IMG/VR virus record: IMGVR_UViG_3300033412_000004
Coordinates: 1 to 64,000 of that record
Reading direction: 5' to 3' (one strand)
DNA: 64,000 nt
DNA from: a virus
Made by a program: the position numbers and the translations under genes. The notes under the pieces are model-generated. The model was not told the DNA's origin. It was given only the letters and a program-made list of their open reading frames with translations, and did not search any database. This document shows, piece after piece, positions 19,079 to 26,701 of this stretch (positions within the stretch are counted from its first letter, which is position 1; each line of letters opens with the position of its first letter).

Positions 19079-22000
19079 ATGGCCCAGCTCAAGTTCGGAA
19101 GCGCAGGCGTTACAGCGAGGGAGATTGACCTGTCGGGGCCCGTGGCGGTCCAGCCGGTCGGTGTCCCCGCCGGCGTCATCGGCACCTCGGTGAAAGGCCC
19201 TGCCTTCGTCCCAGTGACGGTAGGAACGCTCAGCGACTGGTATGCCAAGTTCGGTCTGACCGACGGCAAGAAGTTCGGCCCGCTGGCTGTGACGGAGTGG
19301 CTCCGGAACGCAGGCGCGCTGACCTATCTCAAGGTCTTGGGTGTCGGTAACGGCAAACGCAAGAACGACGACGGTTCGGTCACATCGGCCGGTTTCGTGG
19401 TCGGTGAAGACGAGCCTCGGGCAGGCGACGGACGCCTGTTCGGTAACCCCTACGCCAACTCAGGCAGCCTCAGCGTCCCGGGCAGGACCTACTTCCTGGG
19501 CGCCTTCATGTCGGAGTCGGCAGGTTCAACGGTCTTCAGCCAGGCCGGTCTGCAAGGTCAAGGCAGCATCACCCCGGGTGTCGACTCGGCGGTGCCGATT
19601 GTTCGTGGTATCTTGATGGCTCCGTCAGGCGTTATCCTCCGCCTGTCATCGTCGGCCGAAGGCACCAACAGCGCACCGGCAAGCAACTTGGTCGCCACGG
19701 ATGCAACGGCTTCCGGCAGCCTCCTCGGTGCGGTCGTCCTCCTGGCCAACAACGTTCCGAAGCAGGAGTTCGTCCTGCTGCTCAACGGTCACCAGGGCAT
19801 CGACCCGCTGTACCCGAACGTCATCACGGCGTCATTCGACATGACGTCACCCAACTACTTTGCCAATGTGCTCAACACCGACCCGCTGAAGTACCAGCAG
19901 GCCGGTCACTTCCTGTACACGTCTTGGGACATCCACCCGTCCACGGCGGTGGTCACCGGCTCCGGCCTGGTGGCGACGCTGAGCGGTGCAGGTGCCGCGA
20001 CGGCAGTCAGGTCGGGAGCCGAGACGGCAGCCTTCCTGACGACCAGCTCGCTGGCTCGCAACACGGGCAGCGACACGGTCCCGAACTACGAAGCCTTCAC
20101 GGATCGCTTCTCTCACGCCAAGTCGCCTTGGATCATCTCGCAGAAGTTCGGTGGTGAGGCCACCAACCTGTTCCGGCTCCACGCTCTGGATGCCGGCGCC
20201 GGGGTGTCGGCCCTCTACAAGGTGTCGATCGAGAACATCGCACCCTCCAGCGACCCGGCCAACAAGTACGGCACCTTCGACTTGGTGCTCCGCGACATCA
20301 ACGACAACGACGGCAACCTGAAGCCGCTCGAGCAGTTCCGTGGCCTGTCCCTGGATCCGAGCTCGGACCGCTACATCGCCAAGATCATCGGTGACGCTCA
20401 CGTCTATTACAACTTTGACGCTGCTGACTCCGGTCAGAAGATCATCGTCGAAGGCAACTACCCGGCACAGTCCAACTTGGTCCGTGTCGAGGTGTCCGGC
20501 GACGTGGACAACCAGACGGTCGATGCAACGGCACTGCCCTTCGGCGTCCGCGGCGTCGCCCACCTGATGACCTCAGGCTCGATGCCGATGACGTCGCCGG
20601 CCAGCACTCAGCTGGCGGTTGCAGACGTCCTCAAGCGTGTCATCGAGGCGCCGCTGCCGATGCGCAAGGACATCACTGCAGGCACCGGCCAGAAGCTGAC
20701 GGTCAACCCGTTGCTGTACTGGGGCGTCCAGTGCGAGCACATCACCAGCGTGGCGACGCAGAACGCCAGCCTGTTGCAGAACAAGTCGATCTTCGCCTTT
20801 GCCAAGTACCTCCCGGACTTTGCTGAAGCACAGCAACTGTTCGTGGCGGGTGACAATGAGGGCACGCCGGCGACTGCTGAGAATGGCGAGATCGATGCAG
20901 ACAAGTTCTGCAAGAACCTCTTCACTCTTGAGAACATCAAGGTTGTCACCAGCTCCGTCGGCCTCGCCGACGCGACCAAGTGGGACTCGGCCGCCTACGT
21001 CCGCGACGGCAACATCACCGCGGACGACACTGCCAAGACCCGCCGCGTCAAGGCTGACGACTTCATCCAGTCGAACCGCCGCTTCCTGAAGTACACGTTC
21101 CTGATGCAGGGCGGCTTCGACGGTGTCAACCTGTTCGACAAGGACGAGTCCGAGATCAACAACAACGCAGTTGTTGCGGACATGAACGACACCAACCGCG
21201 GTCGTGACCAGGGTCCGAGCGTCAAGGCTTACGCCAAGGCGCTGGACATCATGAAGAACACGACCAACGTTGACATCCAGCTGCTGGCCATCCCGGGCCT
21301 GCGTCACCCGATCGTTTCCAACTCGGCTGTCGCCTCGGTGGAAGAGCGCTTCGACGCACTGTTCCTGATGGACATCGAGCAGATCGACACCTCAGGTGAG
21401 AACGTCGTCGCCGACAGCCAGCTGCCGTCGGTTCAGAACACCGTCGCTCAGTTGGCGGGCCGCACGCTGGACTCCAGCTTCGCTGCAGCCTACTTCCCCG
21501 ACGTGGTGATGACCGACCCGAACACGCTGACCAACGTCGTTGTGCCCCCGTCAGTCGTCGTCCTCGGTGCCTTGGCTTTGAACGACCGCTTGGGTCACCC
21601 CTGGTTCGCTCCCGCAGGCTTCACCCGCGGCGCGCTGCAGACGACCCTTGAGGCCCGCGTCAAGCTGTCCAAGGCCAACATGGACTCGCTGTATGACGTC
21701 AGCATCAACCCGCTGGTTGCCTTCCCGGGCAACGCTTCCTCGGGCACCAACCCGAAGGGCGGCGTGGTGGTGTGGGGTCAGAAGACGCTGCAGGCCGCCG
21801 CAAGCGCCCTGGACCGCGTCAACGTCCGCCGCCTCCTGATCGACATCCGTCGCCAGGTCCGCGAGATCGCACAGACCATCATCTTCGAGCCGAACCGCGA
21901 TGTCACCCTCGCCAAGTTCTCGGCTGCGGTCACCCCGCGCCTCCAGAGGATCCAGGCGCTGGCCGGTCTCGAGCGCTTCCGTGTCATCATCGACTCCTCG

Positions 22001-22123
22001 ACGACGACGCAGGCAGACATCGAGAACAACACTATCCGCGGCAAGATCTTCGTCCAGCCGACGAAGACCATCGAGTTCGTCTCGCTCGACTTCGTGGTTG
22101 CCAACAACATCAACCAGGCCTGA
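19079..22123 (+). CDS. Tail sheath protein 2
   Basis: SAGVTAREIDLS, KGPAFVPVTV, PWFAPAGFTRG, WGQKTLQ, LDRVNVRRLL, PTKTIEFVSLDF. Confidence 0.93.
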   Translation: MAQLKFGSAGVTAREIDLSGPVAVQPVGVPAGVIGTSVKGPAFVPVTVGTLSDWYAKFGLTDGKKFGPLAVTEWLRNAGALTYLKVLGVGNGKRKNDDGSVTSAGFVVGEDEPRAGDGRLFGNPYANSGSLSVPGRTYFLGAFMSESAGSTVFSQAGLQGQGSITPGVDSAVPIVRGILMAPSGVILRLSSSAEGTNSAPASNLVATDATASGSLLGAVVLLANNVPKQEFVLLLNGHQGIDPLYPNVITASFDMTSPNYFANVLNTDPLKYQQAGHFLYTSWDIHPSTAVVTGSGLVATLSGAGAATAVRSGAETAAFLTTSSLARNTGSDTVPNYEAFTDRFSHAKSPWIISQKFGGEATNLFRLHALDAGAGVSALYKVSIENIAPSSDPANKYGTFDLVLRDINDNDGNLKPLEQFRGLSLDPSSDRYIAKIIGDAHVYYNFDAADSGQKIIVEGNYPAQSNLVRVEVSGDVDNQTVDATALPFGVRGVAHLMTSGSMPMTSPASTQLAVADVLKRVIEAPLPMRKDITAGTGQKLTVNPLLYWGVQCEHITSVATQNASLLQNKSIFAFAKYLPDFAEAQQLFVAGDNEGTPATAENGEIDADKFCKNLFTLENIKVVTSSVGLADATKWDSAAYVRDGNITADDTAKTRRVKADDFIQSNRRFLKYTFLMQGGFDGVNLFDKDESEINNNAVVADMNDTNRGRDQGPSVKAYAKALDIMKNTTNVDIQLLAIPGLRHPIVSNSAVASVEERFDALFLMDIEQIDTSGENVVADSQLPSVQNTVAQLAGRTLDSSFAAAYFPDVVMTDPNTLTNVVVPPSVVVLGALALNDRLGHPWFAPAGFTRGALQTTLEARVKLSKANMDSLYDVSINPLVAFPGNASSGTNPKGGVVVWGQKTLQAAASALDRVNVRRLLIDIRRQVREIAQTIIFEPNRDVTLAKFSAAVTPRLQRIQALAGLERFRVIIDSSTTTQADIENNTIRGKIFVQPTKTIEFVSLDFVVANNINQA

Positions 22124-22137
22124 GCTGAGGTAAGGCG

Positions 22138-22395
22138 ATGAAGCTGACCCTCAAACAACTCCGGCAGGTCATCGGGGAGGCTCTTGACGAGTCTCCCGTG
22201 GTGAATGATGACGACAACGAATACGAGCTCGAGGAAGTCGACTCGGCGCTGAATGATGCCCTGGTCCTTGCTCAGGACTATCCGGACATCACCGAGGACG
22301 AAGTCCGTGAGTACCTTCTCAACGGTGGCTATCGTTCCGTCGTTGCCAACATCGCCGCACGCAAGTGCATGATGCGGCTTGGGAGAGGTGCATGA
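22138..22395 (+). CDS. Small acidic protein with N-terminal targeting helix
   Basis: MKLTLKQLRQVIGEALDE; GAGG RBS. Confidence 0.6.
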   Translation: MKLTLKQLRQVIGEALDESPVVNDDDNEYELEEVDSALNDALVLAQDYPDITEDEVREYLLNGGYRSVVANIAARKCMMRLGRGA

Positions 22396-22760
22396 GGATT
22401 ACCAAAGAAGCACTGCGACGCATCATTCGCGAAGCGGTCAAACGCAAGCTTGAAGAGAGTGACATCAACGAGGCCATGCCGGAGACGGCGGGCGATTCGA
22501 TGGGTGGCACTGTTGATGCAGTCGCCGCCGCGCTGGTCACTCAGTTGATCGAACGAGTCGACTCAACCCTTGCCAGCAACGCCTATGAAATGGTCATGGG
22601 CCTGGGCGAGGATGAATCGATGATGCGGCCGGGCCGGTACGAGGACGTCGAGCACTTCGCGTCCCAGGCCGTTGACAAGGCCTTGTCTGATCCTGAGTTG
22701 AAGGATGCTCTGTTGACGACCGCGATGGAAGTCATCAAGAACCTGATGGAACCAGGGTGA
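22392..22760 (+). CDS. Small acidic protein with N-terminal targeting helix
   Basis: MRITKEALRRIIREAV; ATGA overlap with the previous gene. Confidence 0.65.
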   Translation: MRITKEALRRIIREAVKRKLEESDINEAMPETAGDSMGGTVDAVAAALVTQLIERVDSTLASNAYEMVMGLGEDESMMRPGRYEDVEHFASQAVDKALSDPELKDALLTTAMEVIKNLMEPG

Positions 22761-22761
22761 C

Positions 22762-23067
22762 ATGGAAATCACCAAGGAGCAGCTGCAGGAGCTCATTGAT
22801 GAGGAGTTCGAAAGAGCGCTCCTGAGGCGGCGGGGCCACCTAGAGGAGGCTCTGATCCGCGAGCTGGCCGGTGACGTGGGCTCGGCCCTCGACGAGGTCA
22901 TCAAGGACCTCTACGAAACGACCAAGAAATTGGAACAGGCACACGAGTTGGCACCTGAAGGTCCGGCTCGGGCGATCATCGCCGGCCTGTACAGCGACTT
23001 TTTCAACAAGGTGGCCGAGTTCCGCAAGTACGCGGGTCAAGTGAAGGCGCTGGCGAAAAAGGGGTAA
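22762..23067 (+). CDS. Small helical protein with N-terminal targeting helix
   Basis: MEITKEQLQELIDEEFE. Confidence 0.65.
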   Translation: MEITKEQLQELIDEEFERALLRRRGHLEEALIRELAGDVGSALDEVIKDLYETTKKLEQAHELAPEGPARAIIAGLYSDFFNKVAEFRKYAGQVKALAKKG

Positions 23068-23083
23068 GGGCTACGCGCTCGAA

Positions 23084-23089
23084 TACTTA
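23084..23089 (+). promoter_or_regulatory. Late-type promoter box TACTTA (tail tube)
   Basis: GAATACTTA, identical to the box at 1300-1308. Confidence 0.65.
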
Positions 23090-23115
23090 CAGCTATCCGG
23101 TGACAGGAGACAACA

Positions 23116-23604
23116 ATGGCTGAGACACTTGACGTAACGTCGATGCTCCCGAACAAGTTCGAGCCCAAGCGCAAGAACCGTTGGGTGCTCATGATCGAAG
23201 GCATCGATGCCTACATTTGCAAGACCACGGCTCGTCCGACAGTGACGACCGAAGAGGTCGAGGTGCCGTTCATCAACGCGCGCCGTTACCTGGCAGGCTT
23301 GACCAAGTTCAACACGATCGCGGTCACCCTCCACGACCCCATCGCTCCTTCGGGCGCGCAGCAGGTCATGGAGTGGGTTCGCCTCCACTTCGAGTCGGTG
23401 TCGGGCCGCGCAGGCTACGCTGACTTCTACAAGCGCGACATCCAGCTGAAGGTCCTCGACCCGGTTGGTACCGTCGTCGAGCTGTGGGACATCAAGGGCG
23501 CTTTCATCACGGAAGCGAACTTCGGTGAGCTCACCTACGAAGACGGCACCCCGGCTGAAATCAGCCTGACGCTCCGCTTCGACAACGCAGTCCTCCAGTT
23601 CTGA
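23116..23604 (+). CDS. Tail tube protein (gp19-like)
   Basis: FEPKRKNRW, YKRDIQLKVLDPVG..VELWDIKGAF, ISLTLRFD; TACTTA box and AGGAG RBS. Confidence 0.88.
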   Translation: MAETLDVTSMLPNKFEPKRKNRWVLMIEGIDAYICKTTARPTVTTEEVEVPFINARRYLAGLTKFNTIAVTLHDPIAPSGAQQVMEWVRLHFESVSGRAGYADFYKRDIQLKVLDPVGTVVELWDIKGAFITEANFGELTYEDGTPAEISLTLRFDNAVLQF

Positions 23605-23617
23605 TCAGGAGGCGCCA

Positions 23618-23914
23618 GTGAAGCTGACCCTCAAACAGCTTCGCGGCCTCATCAGAGAGGCAGGCGAAGAGATGGACCAGGCCCGTCGCAAAGGCGGCGG
23701 CCGCGCAGCTCTGGGTTTTGCGATTCCGGAAGACTCATGGGGCAGCGATCCCGACGGTCCTCCGCCTCCGCAGGCCGAGACGCCGGAGCAACTTGCCAAG
23801 TCGCTGATGCGAGTCGTGGGCCGCAGTGCCGTGGACTTGGGCGGCGGCGAGGTCTACATCATGACGGGCGAGGCCGAAGGCGTCACCGTACGGTGCATGC
23901 GGAGGGGTCGATGA
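23618..23914 (+). CDS. Small protein with N-terminal targeting helix
   Basis: GTG start, AGGAGG RBS, MKLTLKQLRGLIREAGEE. Confidence 0.6.
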   Translation: MKLTLKQLRGLIREAGEEMDQARRKGGGRAALGFAIPEDSWGSDPDGPPPPQAETPEQLAKSLMRVVGRSAVDLGGGEVYIMTGEAEGVTVRCMRRGR

Positions 23915-24492
23915 AGCTCAATCTGGGCCAACTGCGCCAGGTCATCCGTGAGGAACTGACACGAGTCACCGAGGCGGCAAAGCCGACCGCGGTCATCGCC
24001 ACCATCCAACCGGGAGACCAGTCCAAGTGGGACGAGGCACTCCGGGCCATGAAACTGAAGTCGATGGTCAAGTTCGTACCGTCGGCTGGTGGCGTCGATG
24101 TCGTCTTTCAAGGTTACGGCACCCCTGGCGAGACCAAGCGCCGTGCCGAAGTCCTGGGACGCAAGCTGCAGAAGGTGGTCAGCAAGACGGCAGCGACGGA
24201 AGCACCTGTCGACGACGCCGTCGTCTACAAGCTGCTGACCATGGCATTCACCTCAACTGTCGGACCTGATGACGTAAAGTACATTAGATTCCAACCGTTG
24301 AAGAATGCTGTACGGATGGTCGATTATGACGGCATGCTGGGAAACATGGACGCCGGTGTCGGCGCCAGCGACCTGGCTCACTTTGGGATCACCGCCCGTC
24401 AGCTCGCCGATTGGTTGGCTGCACACGGCGCTCGTCCCATGAAACCACAACGTCGTCAGCGACCCATGGGCCCGATGGGCGGGTACGACTGA
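23911..24492 (+). CDS. Protein with N-terminal targeting helix
   Basis: Start reassigned to MKLNLGQLRQVIREEL (GGAGG RBS, ATGA overlap). Confidence 0.65.
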   Translation: MKLNLGQLRQVIREELTRVTEAAKPTAVIATIQPGDQSKWDEALRAMKLKSMVKFVPSAGGVDVVFQGYGTPGETKRRAEVLGRKLQKVVSKTAATEAPVDDAVVYKLLTMAFTSTVGPDDVKYIRFQPLKNAVRMVDYDGMLGNMDAGVGASDLAHFGITARQLADWLAAHGARPMKPQRRQRPMGPMGGYD

Positions 24493-24551
24493 ATCCAGCT
24501 GCTGGCGTTTCGTCTCCTGTCACGAGCGACGCCACCAGGTCTGGGCCTGAC

Positions 24552-24589
24552 AACCCCTGTCATCGGTAGCACGGTGTCAGGGGTTTCTC
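24552..24589 (+). terminator. Probable intrinsic terminator
   Basis: AACCCCTG-t-CATCG/loop/CGGTG-t-CAGGGGTT followed by TCTC. Confidence 0.55.
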
Positions 24590-24605
24590 GCATGTGGAGG
24601 TTGAA

Positions 24606-24878
24606 GTGAGCGATTCTAGCCGCAAGAAGGCCTCCCCGGCCGCCCTAGAAAAAATCATGAGGTACCTCAATAGAGTGGACCGCCCTACGTACATGGGATT
24701 TATTGCGTTGGAGATTGGGTACAGCCTCGCACAGACGCTGGCGATGATGCAGGAGCTCGAAGAGGCAGGTCAGGTGCGACTGCTGACGGTGGAAGACCTG
24801 AAGCGGCTCAAGCTCGACGAGCGAGCAAACATCTGGGAATTGACGGAGCGCGCTCACCCCTCGAAGGCCCGGTGGTAA
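24606..24878 (+). CDS. Winged-helix-like DNA-binding protein
   Basis: KIMRYL..PTYMGFIALEIGYS..TL..MQELEEAGQV HTH-wing pattern; GGAGG RBS. Confidence 0.55.
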   Translation: MSDSSRKKASPAALEKIMRYLNRVDRPTYMGFIALEIGYSLAQTLAMMQELEEAGQVRLLTVEDLKRLKLDERANIWELTERAHPSKARW

Positions 24879-24910
24879 ACACTCGGTTCCTGGCGATGTA
24901 CGGTTAGCCC

Positions 24911-25159
24911 ATGAACCTCGGACTGCAGACGAGGATGGACTTTGAACAGCTGCTGCGGCTGCAAAACGTCCTCGACTTGATGCTGTTTACAGAGCACCTG
25001 TCCTACGATGAGTACGATCGTGAATGGAATTCGCTGCTGTCGGTAGCGGGCTACACGATGCGGGACTACGAGGCAGGCATCGACCGAAGGTGGGACTACA
25101 TCTCCCAGGACTTCATCGAGAAGGCCTGGAACCGCACGAGCATCAGCCTGTTGAACTAA
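24911..25159 (+). CDS. Hypothetical protein
   Basis: 82-aa ORF; TAAACA-17-TACGGT upstream. Confidence 0.6.
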   Translation: MNLGLQTRMDFEQLLRLQNVLDLMLFTEHLSYDEYDREWNSLLSVAGYTMRDYEAGIDRRWDYISQDFIEKAWNRTSISLLN

Positions 25160-25235
25160 ACGGCTCACGTTTTCTGGTTGTGGACATTTACCAAGCGGAG
25201 TGGCTTGAGTACTGTTACCGACAACTGGAGAACAC

Positions 25236-26114
25236 ATGTCTGAAGAACGCGAACAGCGTAACGCCATCTTTACCGCTCCTGCAGGACCGCCCCCGGGCGT
25301 CGACCCCCGCATCCCAACCACGACCGCCGTCGAGAAAGTGAAGGCAGAGTTCGGGCTGGACATTCCGGTCGAGATCGTGCCGTTGCCATCAGCCGGCGTC
25401 GTCTACCCGCCGCACAGCCCGCTCCACAAGAAGGAGCTGGTTGAGATCAGGCCGATGACGGCTCGTGAGGAAGACATCCTCACCAGCAAGGCCCTCCTGA
25501 AGAAGGGAACCGTCGTCACTGAGCTGATCAAGTCGTGCATGGTCGACAAGGCCATCAATCCAGTCGACCTCCTGGTCGGCGACCGCAACGCTCTGATGGT
25601 CGCCATCCGCATCACCGGCTACGGTCCGGAGTATGATGCCGAGATCGAGTGCGCGGAGTGCAACACCAAGGCACCGCAGCAGTTCAACCTGGGTGCACTG
25701 CCCATCCGGCGCCTGGAGATCGCGCCGGTCGAGGAAGGTCTCAACCTCTTCGAGTTCAAGCTGCCCTACACCAAGAAGGCGGTGAGGTTCAAGTTCCTGA
25801 CCGGTCGTGACGAGGAAGAGATCGTGACGACGGCCGAGAAGCAGAAGAAGCTGGGCCTCCAGTCCGAGCAGCAGGTGACAACCAACCTGCTGTACAGCAT
25901 CGTTTCGATCGACGGCATTGAGGACCGTGGCAAGATCGCCGGGTTCGTCAGGATGATGCCGGCACGTGACTCACTCGCCCTCCGGAACTACATCAGGGAA
26001 AATGAACCTGGCATTCGCATGCGGCAGGACACCACGTGTCCGTCTTGTGGTCATTCCGAGGAGGTGAGCATGCCGATCGGCGTCTCGTTTCTTTGGCCTG
26101 CAGCCGGAAGATAA
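25236..26114 (+). CDS. Baseplate hub/tail assembly chaperone (T4 gp26-like)
   Basis: LPSAG..YP, IRPMTAREEDIL, GDRNALMVAIRITGYG, two CxxC pairs, C-terminal FLWP. Confidence 0.78.
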   Translation: MSEEREQRNAIFTAPAGPPPGVDPRIPTTTAVEKVKAEFGLDIPVEIVPLPSAGVVYPPHSPLHKKELVEIRPMTAREEDILTSKALLKKGTVVTELIKSCMVDKAINPVDLLVGDRNALMVAIRITGYGPEYDAEIECAECNTKAPQQFNLGALPIRRLEIAPVEEGLNLFEFKLPYTKKAVRFKFLTGRDEEEIVTTAEKQKKLGLQSEQQVTTNLLYSIVSIDGIEDRGKIAGFVRMMPARDSLALRNYIRENEPGIRMRQDTTCPSCGHSEEVSMPIGVSFLWPAAGR

Positions 26115-26361
26115 GGTCCAGCTCATCCTGGAGCCAGCCTTCCTGCTGATGTACTACGGCGGGTTTCTCTGGCACGAGACGCTGCACCTGCCCATTCCGT
26201 ACAAGCGTTGGTTCGTCGAGCGCATCGTCCAAGAGCTGAGGAAGACCAGCGATGATGGCTCGACGCAGTCCAAGGGGCTGCACGCCAATACGCCTGACGT
26301 TCGATCGGCCCAAGGTCGCGCCCGAGCGCAAGTTCCGGCACGTCTTCGTCGTTTCACCTGA
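26068..26361 (+). CDS. gp51-like tail assembly domain, probably expressed as a frameshift extension of the gp26-like gene
   Basis: Frame is open from 26068 and reads FFGLQPEDK..FLLMYYGGF..LPIPYKRWFVERI; no RBS before ATG 26149. Confidence 0.6.
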   Translation, partial: ACRSASRFFGLQPEDKVQLILEPAFLLMYYGGFLWHETLHLPIPYKRWFVERIVQELRKTSDDGSTQSKGLHANTPDVRSAQGRARAQVPARLRRFT

Positions 26362-26411
26362 TCAGCGGTCCTAGGTGATTGGGACTGACCTACCTACAGA
26401 AGGAGACGACC

Positions 26412-26696
26412 GTGAGCGAACCAAAGCAACTCAATGAGCTGAAGCTCAACTTGCTGGGGAAGATCTTCTTCACCGCGGTGGGCGCCTGGCTCGTGGGCAA
26501 GGCGACCAGCATGAAAATTCGGGGCACCCCCGATGAAGTACAGGCCGTTGCCAACGCAATGATGGCATCTCGCCGCTTCCAGGAGGAGCTAAACCGCTCC
26601 GGTGCCACCGTCGAGTCGGTGATGAACAAGCTGGGCCTCAAGCACGCCTCGGCACGCGAGTTCGAACGAATCCTAGGCGTGCCCTGGCCGCTGTGA
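26412..26696 (+). CDS. Hypothetical late protein
   Basis: GTG start with AAGGAG RBS; TACCTA box at 26391. Confidence 0.6.
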   Translation: MSEPKQLNELKLNLLGKIFFTAVGAWLVGKATSMKIRGTPDEVQAVANAMMASRRFQEELNRSGATVESVMNKLGLKHASAREFERILGVPWPL

Positions 26697-26701
26697 GGTG
26701 A

